The notes under the pieces are model-generated. The model had not been told where the DNA came from. It did no database searches and saw nothing but the letters and a program-made list of their open reading frames with translations. From NCBI RefSeq assembly GCF_057098645.1, contig NZ_CM169472.1: a DNA stretch of 64,000 nt; one strand, written 5' to 3'. How positions within the stretch are numbered: position 1 is the first letter of the stretch; every line of letters starts with the position of its first letter. Below are positions 1 to 11,168 of the stretch, piece by piece. The position numbers and the translations under genes were made by a program.

Positions 1-2810
1 TCTTCAACGACGCTGACCACGCCTGCGGCATCAACATCCAGCCGTGGCATCAGATCCTGAGCGATACCGTGACCACGCTGCTGCAAACCGGAGTAGCTGG
101 TGACGCGCCAGTTATCGCCGGGCAATCGTTGTAACGTCTTCGCATTCAGTTCTGCAGTTAAAACATCATTAACCTGCCAAGGCTGGTTATCACCAGTTTG
201 TGCCGTTTGCCAGGCAATATCATCATCGCATAACGCTTCAATACAGGTGCGAAGCCCTGCCGCATCTTGCGGTTCCCCTTTTTGCAGCAAACGCCCGAGC
301 GCACTTTGGTGGACGTCGGTGTCACCTTTTTTATCGCCACGACGGCGCACCAGCGGTGCAACGCCGAGACTGCAATGCCAAACCGAACGCGTCAGCGCCA
401 CGTAAAGCAAACGCAGATCTTCCGCCAGACGTTCGGCCTCCGCGAGATCGACACTTTCTGGCGCAGCGTTAAGATCCAGAACAGCCTCAAACGAGTGGCG
501 ATCGTGATAAAACGCCTGATCCTGGACGCGGAAATTGGTAATAAATGGCAACCAGACAAGCGGATATTCCAGCCCTTTTGATTTATGGATCGTGACAATC
601 TGCACCAGATGTTTATCACTTTCGAGGCGCATTTGTTGGCTGGAGGCATTACTGTCTGGCTCGAGGATATGTTGCGATAACCAGCGTACCAGCGCATGTT
701 CACTTTCCAGCTGCGTTCCGGCTTCTTGAAGCAGTTCGCTGATATGCAAGATATCGGTAAGACGCCGCTCACCGCCTGCCGTTGCCAGCAAGTTTTCTGC
801 AATGTTACGCGCCGACATCAGCGCCCGCAGCATCGGCATAACGCCACGTTTGCGCCAAATTTGCCGATAACCATCGAACTCTTCGACTACCGCATCCCAC
901 GCATGTTCGTCATTGTTCAGCGTTTCAATATCCAGCGCATTCAGCCCCATCATTGACGTTGCCAGCGCACTGCGCAGGGTGTTCTCACGTTCGGGCGTCA
1001 TCACCGCCTGCAACAACCAAAGCATTTCCTGCGCTTCCAGAGTTTCAAAAACACTGTCGCGGTTCGAAAGGTAAACGGAAGGGATTTCCAGCAACGTTAA
1101 GGCATCGCGCACCTGGGCGGCCTCCTGGCGGCTGCGCACCAGCACACTGATGTCCGAAGCACGCACCGGACGCGCGTCGTCGCCGTTCATCAGCAACGCT
1201 TCGCCCCGCTGTCCGGCTTGTAGCCAGTCGCGGATTTGCGCAGCACATACCTGCGCCATGGTACTTTGATAATCGCCAACGCCGCAGCTTTCGCCTTCCA
1301 TCAGCCACATTTTCATCGCAGGCTGCGTTTCACCTTTAAAGACAAAACGTAACGCCTGATTTTTCCCGGCTGATTTCACTGGAATAAACGGTATTTCGCG
1401 AAACATGAACGCGTCATCAGTCTGGCTGAAAAGCTTGTTCACACTGTTCACCATTCCAGGTGCGGAGCGCCAGTTGGTGTCTAAAGTGTAGTGGGCGTGA
1501 ACTTCACTACGCGCCTTCATATAAGTGAAGATATCCGCACCCCGGAATGCATATATGGCCTGCTTCGGGTCGCCAATCAGCAACAATGCGGTTTCCGGCT
1601 GATGGTGCCAGATACGGCGAAAAATTCGGTACTGCTGGGGGTCGGTATCCTGAAATTCATCGATCATTGCCACCGGGAATCGCGTACGGATCGCCGCTGC
1701 CAACACCTCACCGCTTTCGCTACGCAGCGCGGAATCGAGCCGACTTAACATGTCATCAAAACCCAATTCGCCACGGCGGCGTTTTTCACGCGCTACTGTT
1801 TCGCGGATCTCAGCCAATGCGCGGGTGATCACCAGATCGCGGATCGACAATGGTTCTGCAAGCAGTTGATCGATCGCCTCAAACAGTGGATGTCGCGGGG
1901 TTTCCCCCCCGGCCTTCGTGCGATCTTCTAAGAAACGCTGGGAGAATTTTTCCAGCGACTCCGGCAACTGATAACTGTTTGTCTCTTCTTCTGCCCAGGC
2001 GCTGATCTTGTCGATCCATTTAGCCTGATTGCTACGGTTAAACTTGCGTCGATCAATACCAGAAGATTCGATCAGCGCATCCAGTTCACCCACTGCGTCG
2101 CGCCACTGCTGTTTTACCGTATCAATACGCGCCACAATTTGCGCGTGACGGGAAGCCAGCGTTTCATCATCGGGCGGCGGTGCTTTGATAACCGGCGCTT
2201 CACCTTGCAGATAACGATTAATATCGCGCAGCAACGCCTGCGGCCCTTTCCAGGTTTCAAAGACGACCTGGGCTATTTCACGCGGCAGCGGGTAGCAGTG
2301 GCGACGCCAGAAATCGGCGCAGGCTTGGTAGCGTAGCAGAGACTCATCTTCAATCAGCTGCTGCTCAAACAGCATGCCGGATTCAAAGGCATTCAGGTTG
2401 AGCATGCGCTGGCAAAAGCCGTGAATAGTAAAGACTGCCGCTTCATCCATCTGCCGTTCGGCTAACAACAACCACTGCGCGGCTTGCGCTTTATCGTCGA
2501 TCTCTTCCAGCAGACGTTCGTACAGTGGATTGTCGGTGGTTTCACGCAGACAGGCGATGCGCAACTCGTGGATATTGCTACGGATACGACCGCGCAATTC
2601 TGCCGTGGCAGCCTCGGTAAAGGTGACCACCAGCAGTTCTTCAACGGTCAGCGGGCGGGGAAAGGCGGCGGAACCGCCTAGTCCAAGTAACAGGCGCAAA
2701 TAGAGCGCCGCAATCGTAAAGGTTTTGCCTGTGCCGGCAGAGGCTTCAATCAGGCGCTCGCCCTGTAAGGGCAAGCGCAAAGGATCTAGTGTCTCGGCGA
2801 CATCACTCAT
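1..2810 (-). CDS. recB: RecB, exodeoxyribonuclease V beta subunit; N-terminal ~936 codons, 3' end lies beyond the window start
   Basis: Minus-strand frame open from window edge to ATG at 2808-2810; translation starts MSDVAETLDPLRLPLQGERLIEASAGTGKT (Walker A); start overlaps ptrA stop (ATGAGTGA); synteny recB-ptrA-recC. Confidence 0.95.
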   Translation of the reverse strand, partial: MSDVAETLDPLRLPLQGERLIEASAGTGKTFTIAALYLRLLLGLGGSAAFPRPLTVEELLVVTFTEAATAELRGRIRSNIHELRIACLRETTDNPLYERLLEEIDDKAQAAQWLLLAERQMDEAAVFTIHGFCQRMLNLNAFESGMLFEQQLIEDESLLRYQACADFWRRHCYPLPREIAQVVFETWKGPQALLRDINRYLQGEAPVIKAPPPDDETLASRHAQIVARIDTVKQQWRDAVGELDALIESSGIDRRKFNRSNQAKWIDKISAWAEEETNSYQLPESLEKFSQRFLEDRTKAGGETPRHPLFEAIDQLLAEPLSIRDLVITRALAEIRETVAREKRRRGELGFDDMLSRLDSALRSESGEVLAAAIRTRFPVAMIDEFQDTDPQQYRIFRRIWHHQPETALLLIGDPKQAIYAFRGADIFTYMKARSEVHAHYTLDTNWRSAPGMVNSVNKLFSQTDDAFMFREIPFIPVKSAGKNQALRFVFKGETQPAMKMWLMEGESCGVGDYQSTMAQVCAAQIRDWLQAGQRGEALLMNGDDARPVRASDISVLVRSRQEAAQVRDALTLLEIPSVYLSNRDSVFETLEAQEMLWLLQAVMTPERENTLRSALATSMMGLNALDIETLNNDEHAWDAVVEEFDGYRQIWRKRGVMPMLRALMSARNIAENLLATAGGERRLTDILHISELLQEAGTQLESEHALVRWLSQHILEPDSNASSQQMRLESDKHLVQIVTIHKSKGLEYPLVWLPFITNFRVQDQAFYHDRHSFEAVLDLNAAPESVDLAEAERLAEDLRLLYVALTRSVWHCSLGVAPLVRRRGDKKGDTDVHQSALGRLLQKGEPQDAAGLRTCIEALCDDDIAWQTAQTGDNQPWQVNDVLTAELNAKTLQRLPGDNWRVTSYSGLQQRGHGIAQDLMPRLDVDAAGVVSVVE

Positions 2811-5691
2811 TCTTTTCACTCATCAGGGGCATTGTTTGCTGCAACGCGCTGACGTTCTCCCACACTTTCCAGCCTTCAGGATGCACATATTCGGCTTTCC
2901 CGTTCTGGCTGCCGGAAATCTGCGACAGAATAGCCATGCCTTGCGGCTCGACCACCGCCTGATGGAAGAAATCAGCAAGTTTTTGCGGCGTCAGCAGTTT
3001 TATCTGGGCCACGATTTTATCACGCGAATCGAAGCGCATATTGCCGCGATCGAAATCTTTACTTAACTTCGATGCTTCTTCGCCGAGCGTTTGCGGTGCC
3101 TGCAGCATCTGGGTAATTACCGCCTGCTGGATTTGCGCAAACTCATCTGGCTTCATCGCTCGCAATTTTGCCTCTGCGGTTGGGAAAAACGCCTTGTAAC
3201 GCTCCCACAAGAATGAAGGCTGTTTATCATTGCTTTGCAAAAGGAAGCCCATGCCCCACTGACGCCCCACGCTCATTGGAAACGCAAACACGGCATAGCC
3301 CAATTGTTCTTCGGTACGCAACTGATTGTAGAACCACGGCTGTACGATCTGCCCCAACAGAGAGCTATAGGCTGAGCTGGTGTATTCATCGTAGCCAGTC
3401 GGTACAAATACCGCTGCCAGTGCGGAGTCGGTGCTGTTACCGGCTTTTTCAAAGATGACGGATTGTTTTTTATCGACCACTACATCTTTGTTTCGACACC
3501 ACTCTGAACCATCAGCGCCCAACTGTTTTTGCACATCGCGTGCCAGCGTTGTTGCCTGGGCCTCGGTCATGTTGCCGATAACCATAAACTCTGGTCGAGC
3601 CCCTGATTTTAAGGCGTCGCGATAGGCCAGCACCTCTTTCAACGTAATGGAGGGCAAAATTTTACGCCGTTCATCTCGCGAGAAGTACGGCACTTGCGAG
3701 AGCATCTGCGCGGGCATAATCGCCTGCTCAAACGCTTTACCCTTTTCTGCGGAATCCATCATCTGGTTATACCAGGACTTCGCCTGCTCAAGCTGATCTT
3801 CCGTAGCGGTATAGCTAAAGTACCCCTCGAGCAATGCCTGGAACAGCTGCGGCAGACGCTGGGTGTAACCATTAGCATTAACCATAAGGCCGTTGTTAGC
3901 GTTGGTGGAAAAACTTATGCCACCAACCGACGCCTGGTTGCTTAACTGATCAAGCGCCAGCCCTGCGAGATAATCATTGAGCGCAAACATCACCTGATTG
4001 CGGGCGCTGTCCATGGCTTTCGGATTACGCAAAATCAGGCTGACATCAGCTTTGGGTTCGCTGGAAAAATAACGGCTTGGCGCATACACCACGCGCAGAT
4101 TCGACTCATCAACAATCAGCTCTGGATGGTCATATTTCTTCTCTGACTTAATCAGCGAGAAATCGTCAGGAATATAGGGGTTAAGCTCCGGTAAGGAGAG
4201 CGCAATATTGGCAGCTTTTTGCTGCCAGTCAGCGAAAGTTTGTTCGCTGATTTTATCGACCTGATACGGCGCATCGACAAAATAAGCCGTTTTATTGTGC
4301 GGCTCTTTCGGGCTGATATACCAGATACGCGCATTCTGCGGCGTCATCATCGCCAGACGTTCTTTTACTGCTTTAGCATCGTACCGATCGGCAATATTGA
4401 CTGCATCCAGCGTATGCTCAACCGGAACGCGAATCATGGTATCTGCCAGCCATTCGACGTAATCCATATCACGGGTGATTGACGGATAACGGAAGTCGAT
4501 ATCCAGCACATTAGCCAGTTCATCGAAGTATTGTTTATCGATCCCTTTTTCACGTAACAAATTGAGGTAGCTAAAAATAGCCGCCACAACCTGATCGCGA
4601 TTCGCCAGACCTTTATCGGTTAAAGACGCAGAGATCGCTAATACACCGCTGTTGCCGTTGACGATAGGATCGGAGTTGGCGCTAATGCCCTCAACTAATC
4701 CCTGCTTTTGCAGCCAGTCAGACAGTGTACCTGGGCTGCGATTACCAATCAGATAGGTAATCAATTCATCCGTTTTACTGCGGAACTTCGCTGAGTTGTT
4801 ATCGATGCGAAACTCAACGCGCAACACTTTACGCGGCAGCGCCGGGACGTAATGAATGATAATGCCCTTTTGCGCGTCGGTGACTACCGGCACGGTGATT
4901 TCCGGTTTTTTGCTCTCTTTGTTCGGCACGCGACCAAAGGTGTTCGCCGCCATTTTTGCCAACTCCGGCAGCGGTTTATTACTGTAAATAACCGCCTTCA
5001 TCAGATTGGCGGAATAGTACTTCTCGTGGAAATCTTTCAGCGCCTGCTGCACCGGATTACCAGGTTTGTCGCTTAAAGTTTCGAGGTTACCACCAGAAAA
5101 CTTTGAACCGGGGTGTGCCGGGTTAATGGTTTCTGCGCTGACTTGTGCCATGCGCATCCCGTCACGCGTACGCGCCATGGTTAATTCGGCATTCACCGCA
5201 TTACGCTCACGTTCGGCGTATTTCTTGTCGAGCAAGGGTTCTGCAATAGCGTCCGCCAGGCGGTCTACCGCACCGGGCAAGGCGTCGTTCTCAACTTCCA
5301 GATAGAAAGCCGTGCGATACGGTGCCGTGCTGGCATTGTGGCTGCCACCGTGCATTTTGAGATATTCGGCCAGACTGTCAGCCTGCGGGTACTTTTTCGA
5401 CCCCATCAGACTCATATGTTCAAGGTAATGTGCCAGCCCCTGGTACGCCTCGGGATCTTCCAGCGACCCAACGGGCACCACCAGCGCCGAGAGCGATTTA
5501 ACTGCCTGCGGATCAGAAACCAGCAAGACCACCATACCGTTATCCAGACGTATAGCCTGATACTGGCGGTTATCTTTATCACTTTTACGGATGGTTTCCT
5601 GAATCGGCTGCCATCCCGTTTCTGCCTGACTTAATGGTGCCCAAAGGGCAACTAACAACAATAATGCTTTGAACCAGGTGCTGCGGGGCAT
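2803..5691 (-). CDS. ptrA: Protease III (pitrilysin), periplasmic zinc metalloprotease, 962 aa
   Basis: ORF track 962 aa with signal peptide and HYLEH zinc motif; position between recB and recC. Confidence 0.95.
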   Translation of the reverse strand: MPRSTWFKALLLLVALWAPLSQAETGWQPIQETIRKSDKDNRQYQAIRLDNGMVVLLVSDPQAVKSLSALVVPVGSLEDPEAYQGLAHYLEHMSLMGSKKYPQADSLAEYLKMHGGSHNASTAPYRTAFYLEVENDALPGAVDRLADAIAEPLLDKKYAERERNAVNAELTMARTRDGMRMAQVSAETINPAHPGSKFSGGNLETLSDKPGNPVQQALKDFHEKYYSANLMKAVIYSNKPLPELAKMAANTFGRVPNKESKKPEITVPVVTDAQKGIIIHYVPALPRKVLRVEFRIDNNSAKFRSKTDELITYLIGNRSPGTLSDWLQKQGLVEGISANSDPIVNGNSGVLAISASLTDKGLANRDQVVAAIFSYLNLLREKGIDKQYFDELANVLDIDFRYPSITRDMDYVEWLADTMIRVPVEHTLDAVNIADRYDAKAVKERLAMMTPQNARIWYISPKEPHNKTAYFVDAPYQVDKISEQTFADWQQKAANIALSLPELNPYIPDDFSLIKSEKKYDHPELIVDESNLRVVYAPSRYFSSEPKADVSLILRNPKAMDSARNQVMFALNDYLAGLALDQLSNQASVGGISFSTNANNGLMVNANGYTQRLPQLFQALLEGYFSYTATEDQLEQAKSWYNQMMDSAEKGKAFEQAIMPAQMLSQVPYFSRDERRKILPSITLKEVLAYRDALKSGARPEFMVIGNMTEAQATTLARDVQKQLGADGSEWCRNKDVVVDKKQSVIFEKAGNSTDSALAAVFVPTGYDEYTSSAYSSLLGQIVQPWFYNQLRTEEQLGYAVFAFPMSVGRQWGMGFLLQSNDKQPSFLWERYKAFFPTAEAKLRAMKPDEFAQIQQAVITQMLQAPQTLGEEASKLSKDFDRGNMRFDSRDKIVAQIKLLTPQKLADFFHQAVVEPQGMAILSQISGSQNGKAEYVHPEGWKVWENVSALQQTMPLMSEKNE

Positions 5692-5866
5692 TCACGGACC
5701 TCATAATCAACTTTATTTTCTGGCCAGATTCAACAGGTTAACGCAAATCATCTGCCAGAATTTAATCTTGTGCTGCACGAGTCAGCCTATGTTTATATAA
5801 CCATCAGTCCGTGACTGGTGCGCATCATAAAGTAAGCGGATAGATTGCGCAATTTTTATACAGCGC

Positions 5867-8800
5867 TCATGACTGATTAAAGCGAAACAGCGGTAACAGG
5901 AAACGTTGCGACTGTTCAACGATTGCCTCCATTGTCTCTGGTGTTAATTGCCGCCAGAGCCTTTGATACCAGATATCATCACCTTCGCCACGCACCATCA
6001 TGTTGCCTTCGTAAGCCTGAAGGAATTTCGTACGGGCTTTTTGCAACGTGGAATCGTCATCCAGCATGGCATCGTTTTGCGCGTCATAACAGGTTTTTAG
6101 CCACGCGCCGCCACTTTCAGGTAACACCAGCAATGGCGCGGACATTCCTTCACGATACCCCTCAATCAGTTGTGAGAGGTAATGCAAAGCCTGTTCGGCT
6201 GCAAGCGGCGGAAAACGCCACTCGCCGTCTTTGCGTAGAAAAAGGCGACTTTCACCATTACCACCGCTGGCACAGTAGACAAGGTGTTCCAGCCAAAGTT
6301 GCATTCCCTGCGCCACACTTAATAAAGAGGGACGCCAGCGCAACAAGCCATCCGGCTGCACCTGCGGCAACCAGCCAGTTATCTGCACACCGTTGCAAGC
6401 GAGATCAATTTCCATACTCTGCCCCGGCTGGCGACAGGCAATGACTCTGTCGGCAAGCTGCTGCATCTCCTGGCACTGTTTTTCCCAGAAAATTTCACCA
6501 AAAGCGCCATACGGTAAATCCCCTGCCGCCCGGAAGCGGCGGAACAAGCGTTCGGCATCATCCTGCTCAACCAGTGCATTCAATAACTGCTGATTGATTT
6601 GATAACGGCTAAGTCCTTCCAGAATAAATGGCTCGGTGTCGGGGATTTCGCTGTCTTCAGTACGGAAGTTCACCTGCAAACGCATCTGGAAGAACGCCCG
6701 CACCGGATGTGCCCAGAATCGTTGTAGCGTTTCCAGCGGCACGGTTTCCGGTAAGGTAAACGGCAGCGGCTGAACAAATTCAGAATGTGCTTTACCAGCC
6801 TGGCTGGCCGCAGGTAGCCATTCACGAGCATAGCTTTGTCGTTCGCCTGGCTGGTAGTTTTGCGGATCAAACGGCATCCGGGTATGGAGGCAAGTAAGAT
6901 GCGCTTTTACCCTTGCCTCGCTTTCATCACAGTTGAGCGCTTCATCGCCCGGTAGATAATGACTTTGCCCGATGTAGTCGATCAGTTCCTGCACCAGTAC
7001 CGACGGGAAACGTTCACTGTTATCCTGAATGGAACGCCCGATATAGCTGATATAGAGTTTTTGCTGCGCGGAAATTAACGCTTCCAGGAACAGATAGCGG
7101 TCGTCATCGCGACGGCTACGGTCGCCACGCTTCGGTTTCTGGCTCATCAGGTCAAAGCCCAATGGCGCAAGCTGGCGTGGATAAACGCCGTCGTTCATTC
7201 CCAGCAGGCAAACCACTTTGAACGGAATTGAACGCATTGGCATCAGAGTACAAATGTTAACCGGTCCGGCGAGAAAACGCTGGCTGATACGTTCTTGATC
7301 CAGACGCTGTGCCAGTTCATCACGCAATAGTGACAGCGGCACCGCGTCGCCATACTGCGCACCTAAACCTTCGGCGATAATCGCCTGCCATTGTTGTTCG
7401 ATCAGCGTCATCGCCGCTTCGGTTTCCGCATCCGGCAGGAAGAAGGCGTTGAGCATATCGCGACAAACCGGCAACCACTCTTCCAGCGGACGCTCCTGTG
7501 CCAGCCCGCGACGCCAGATGTTTAGCTGCATTAGCAGTGAAGCCAGATGCCCCACCAGTTCTGCAATTAAGCCGCTCGATTCATCATAAGGTAGAACCGA
7601 TTGCCACTCGCCCTGCGCGCTCTCCATCGCGTAGCCCAACAACATACGCGTCAGGCCAAATCGCCAGGTGTGTTGTCCGGTGGCGGGGAGTTCCAGCTCG
7701 CGAACGTTGTCGTCATCTATCCCCCAACGAATGCCGGACTCGTTGACCCACTGGCGTAAATAACGCAGCCCTTCTTCGGTGATGTCAAACCGCGCCGCCA
7801 GCACCGGCACATCCAGCAGCGCCAGCACATCCTCTGACACAAAGCGACTGTCAGGCAGTGATAACAAGCTGATAAACGCTTCCAGTACCGGATGTGACTG
7901 CCGCGCACGACGGTCGGAAATGGCGTAAGGCAGGTAACGATCCGCAGGTGCGCTACCAAACACTGCCTGAATAAACGGACTGTAGCTGTCGATGTCGGCC
8001 ACCATCACGATGATGTCGCGCGGAGTAAGTGTCGGGTCTTCCTCCAGCATCGCCAGCAGGCGATCGTGCAAAACTTCAACTTCACGCTGCGGGCTATGGC
8101 AAACGTGGAAGGTGATACTGCTATCCAGTGGATCAAGCGGGCGTTTGTTATCGCTACGGGAAAACTCTTCGATGTTCACACCAGCAACGGCGCGGTTTTC
8201 CAGTTCCAGAATGTCAGACTGAATGTTATGCAGCAGGTTATCTGGCGTGACATCGACAAAGGCGTCCAGCTCCTGGCTGCTCTCCAGGTCAGAAAGGAGA
8301 TAAATGTAGTCGCGCCCAAGCTTACCCCATGAGGCCAGCAGCGGGTTGCCGACATCCTGTTCACCATCGCTGTTAAAGAGCTGCCCGGCATTTTCGCTAT
8401 CGCGAAATAGCGGCAATTCACGATCTTCAAAACTGTGTCGACGCTGGCGGGTCAGCAGTTTCGCCAGATAAGCAGGATCTTTAATATCGCCCCAGTAATA
8501 ACGGCAGGGGTTGGTAAACAGGAGATGGATTTCGATATGTTTACCCAGCGCCTGGAGCGCCTGGAGATAAACAGGCGGTAACGCGGAAATACCGCATATA
8601 AAGACGCGCGAAGGTAACCCCGGCGGGCAGGTCGTCGCGGACTCCAGCGTTTCGATAAAGCGCTGATAGAGATTGGCGCGGTGCCAACGCGGTTGTCCGA
8701 GTTCATGTGTATATTCCACCAGCGCCTTCCACAACGGCGCTTGCCAGGCCTGTGCCTCTCCCAGCCCTTCAACCAAATGTCCTGTTTCCCACTGTGCCAG

Positions 8801-9235
8801 CCAGTCCGGACGATAGACCAGATACTGGTCAAACAGGTCCGCCGCTTTTGAGGAAAGCTGGAACAGCTTTCGCTTGTCGCTATCGTCAGTCAGATAATGC
8901 CGCAACAGGGTAAAGTCTTCGCGCTCCAGCAATTGCGGCAGCAGAGTCATCAGTTTCCAGCTCATGCTCTGTTTGTTAAAGGCGCTCTCTTTGGGGATCT
9001 CCGGTAACACCCGGACGAACATATCCCAGATAAAGCTCGCAGGCAGCGGAAAATCAATGTTTGCCGCAATACCAAACTTTTGCGACAGGGTCATTTGCAG
9101 CCACTGTGCCATACCGGTACTTTGCACCAGAATCATCTCTGGTTCGAAAGGATCGTCCAGCCGTTCGCGTTCGACAATAAACTCCATCAACGCTTCCAGC
9201 ACGTCCAGACGATTGGAATGGTAGACCCTTAACAT
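5867..9235 (-). CDS. recC: RecC, exodeoxyribonuclease V gamma subunit, 1122 aa
   Basis: ORF track 1122 aa starting MLRVYHSNRLDVLEALMEFIV; length and synteny match recC. Confidence 0.95.
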   Translation of the reverse strand: MLRVYHSNRLDVLEALMEFIVERERLDDPFEPEMILVQSTGMAQWLQMTLSQKFGIAANIDFPLPASFIWDMFVRVLPEIPKESAFNKQSMSWKLMTLLPQLLEREDFTLLRHYLTDDSDKRKLFQLSSKAADLFDQYLVYRPDWLAQWETGHLVEGLGEAQAWQAPLWKALVEYTHELGQPRWHRANLYQRFIETLESATTCPPGLPSRVFICGISALPPVYLQALQALGKHIEIHLLFTNPCRYYWGDIKDPAYLAKLLTRQRRHSFEDRELPLFRDSENAGQLFNSDGEQDVGNPLLASWGKLGRDYIYLLSDLESSQELDAFVDVTPDNLLHNIQSDILELENRAVAGVNIEEFSRSDNKRPLDPLDSSITFHVCHSPQREVEVLHDRLLAMLEEDPTLTPRDIIVMVADIDSYSPFIQAVFGSAPADRYLPYAISDRRARQSHPVLEAFISLLSLPDSRFVSEDVLALLDVPVLAARFDITEEGLRYLRQWVNESGIRWGIDDDNVRELELPATGQHTWRFGLTRMLLGYAMESAQGEWQSVLPYDESSGLIAELVGHLASLLMQLNIWRRGLAQERPLEEWLPVCRDMLNAFFLPDAETEAAMTLIEQQWQAIIAEGLGAQYGDAVPLSLLRDELAQRLDQERISQRFLAGPVNICTLMPMRSIPFKVVCLLGMNDGVYPRQLAPLGFDLMSQKPKRGDRSRRDDDRYLFLEALISAQQKLYISYIGRSIQDNSERFPSVLVQELIDYIGQSHYLPGDEALNCDESEARVKAHLTCLHTRMPFDPQNYQPGERQSYAREWLPAASQAGKAHSEFVQPLPFTLPETVPLETLQRFWAHPVRAFFQMRLQVNFRTEDSEIPDTEPFILEGLSRYQINQQLLNALVEQDDAERLFRRFRAAGDLPYGAFGEIFWEKQCQEMQQLADRVIACRQPGQSMEIDLACNGVQITGWLPQVQPDGLLRWRPSLLSVAQGMQLWLEHLVYCASGGNGESRLFLRKDGEWRFPPLAAEQALHYLSQLIEGYREGMSAPLLVLPESGGAWLKTCYDAQNDAMLDDDSTLQKARTKFLQAYEGNMMVRGEGDDIWYQRLWRQLTPETMEAIVEQSQRFLLPLFRFNQS

Positions 9236-9247
9236 AGCGGCTCCTGA

Positions 9248-9571
9248 CTACTGACGATTCGGGCAATGCAGGCGGGTCATCTCGCCTTCTCTGCCCCCGG
9301 GTGAAACTAGCGTAACGCTGATGCTGACACATCCCGCCTGCGATGTCTGCATTCGGTTGACCTGCCAGTTGGCAGGTGGCGAAATCGCGCGCAGTTGCGT
9401 TTGCTGCCAACCATGCCGCCAGAGCTGTTGGTACTGGTTTCTGCTGGCAAGACTGTTCATTAATGTTCGCTGGAAACCCGATAACGCAGTGACAATCATC
9501 ACCATCAGCACCATCGCCAACATTACCTCCGGCAGGCTAAAGCCTTGTTGATTCTTCAGGGAAGCTGACAT
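9248..9571 (-). CDS. ppdC: Prepilin-type (type IV pilin-like) protein PpdC
   Basis: Track ORF 9248..9595; internal start [24 protein letters not shown] gives prepilin leader (GFSLPE + hydrophobic helix); synteny. Confidence 0.8.
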   Translation of the reverse strand: MSASLKNQQGFSLPEVMLAMVLMVMIVTALSGFQRTLMNSLASRNQYQQLWRHGWQQTQLRAISPPANWQVNRMQTSQAGCVSISVTLVSPGGREGEMTRLHCPNRQ

Positions 9572-9963
9572 AACGCCCCCTCTTTCAGCGGACAAAAATC
9601 GCTCCAGCCGCGTGGCGAAAAAACAATGTTTCCATCGATGACTTCACCTGTTCGCCACAACGAAACGCCTTCATAACCGGCAATCAATAAGGCTTCATTA
9701 TCTGCCAATAAACGCAAACAAACCCGGGCATCGGTTCCAGCGTACTGCGAGCACTGAACTGCTGGCTGCGTCTGCCAGGAGTGCATTTTTCCCCACGCCA
9801 GCGCCGACTGAACGATGGCCTGGCGGCGCAATGACTGACTTTCCATGCTCACGCGAGAGGCAAAACTGCGATCCTGTTGGCTCATTCCTTGTAATAGCAA
9901 GCTACCCAAAACTAGCAGCATCAGGACCAGAGCCAGTGACGAAACACCCTTTTCACGGTTCAC
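9556..9963 (-). CDS. ygdB: YgdB, small protein in ppd operon, 135 aa
   Basis: Track ORF 135 aa with N-terminal hydrophobic segment; position between ppdC and ppdB. Confidence 0.75.
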   Translation of the reverse strand: MNREKGVSSLALVLMLLVLGSLLLQGMSQQDRSFASRVSMESQSLRRQAIVQSALAWGKMHSWQTQPAVQCSQYAGTDARVCLRLLADNEALLIAGYEGVSLWRTGEVIDGNIVFSPRGWSDFCPLKEGALCQLP

Positions 9964-10523
9964 AGGTTGAATCCTGTCACGCTATAGCTGGCGTTCACCA
10001 CGGTTTGCGGTTCAGACTTACTGGCAGCACGCATATTAACCGTCAACACCGGCGAGAAGCCGCTGACATCCTGACGTACTACCTGAAAAGTGTCGATAAT
10101 GATGGCATCCGGATTAGTGACTTTATCCCAGCCCTTACCTTCACAGGATGTCGCACCGCGTAGCGTTTCCAGCACATGCTCCTTCAGACGAAATCCAATC
10201 TGGTCGGACTCTTTTACCGGTTCGCGATCCCAGATACCGTTACTGTTCGCATCCCACTGCACAATGATACAGTCACCCTGTCCGACAATTTCCAGCCCTT
10301 CGCCGGTACAGCTGCCATGACAATAACCCGCCCTCTGGAGATGCTTCGCGACGGTAAATACCCGCAGCCAGATTTCATCTTCCAGCGCCAGCTTACGGGT
10401 GCCCGTTAAACTTTCACGCTGTAACGCAGGCAGAAAGCGTGCCGCTCCCAGCAACAATACGCTACTGATCGCCATAGCAATCAACACTTCCAGCAGAGAA
10501 AAACCTTGCTCTTTTACAGGCAT
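9960..10523 (-). CDS. ppdB: Prepilin-type protein PpdB (187 aa from internal start [13 protein letters not shown])
   Basis: Track ORF 9960..10763 is N-terminally over-extended; prepilin leader GFSLLEV at residue 81 of that ORF; synteny. Confidence 0.8.
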
Positions 10524-10984
10524 CCTTCTGTTTCTCCTTGCTGACAAAGCCGGAGTCTTCCCCACGGCGAAACCACCAGCCACCACTCGCCCGTTGAGTT
10601 TTTGAAGCGAATATGCCCGGCCCATGCGGTATTGCGCAGGCCAAAGAAGGCAAGCGAAGGTGTCAGGTCGCTCATTTCGACTTCGGGCCAGCGTGGCACA
10701 AAGACCAATGGTGAACTGCCATGACAGGTATTGGCCCCAGCAGCGGAACTCACAAGGCACCATAACGTCCCCTCCCTGATAACGCTGATACTGTGGTCGC
10801 GGTTATGCCAATTGGCATCTTCACGTAAATAGAGCAAATAGTCTCGCGCCTGGCTGGCGGTTTGCCATAGCCGTTGCGACTGCTGCCAGTATTGCCAGCC
10901 ATAGAGTCCACTTGCACTTAGCATGACCAAAATCAGCATCGCGACCAGCGTTTCAATCAGCGTATAACCACGTTGTGTTTTCAT
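10514..10984 (-). CDS. ppdA: Prepilin-type protein PpdA (156 aa from [16 protein letters not shown])
   Basis: Track ORF 10514..11002; prepilin leader GYTLIE; synteny upstream of thyA. Confidence 0.8.
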
Positions 10985-11119
10985 GCCGGCAGTATGGAGC
11001 AAGGAGAAAAAAAGACGAGGGCCAGTTTCTATTTCTTCGGCGCATCTTCCGGACTATTTACGCCGTTGCAGGACGTTGCAAAATTTCGGGAAGGTGTCTC
11101 GAAGAATTTAATGGAGGGT

Positions 11120-11148
11120 AAAAAAAACCGACGCACACTAGCGTCGGC
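11120..11148 (-). terminator. Rho-independent terminator downstream of thyA
   Basis: GC stem CCGACGC-ACACTA-GCGTCGG followed on the minus strand by a run of 8 T. Confidence 0.6.
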
Positions 11149-11168
11149 TCTGGCAGGATGTTTCGTAA

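Noticed and set aside
100-9235. Numerous 60-170-aa ORFs inside or antisense to recB, ptrA and recC (for example 5923..6444)
   Set aside because: Shadow ORFs within well-supported long genes in high-GC coding sequence.
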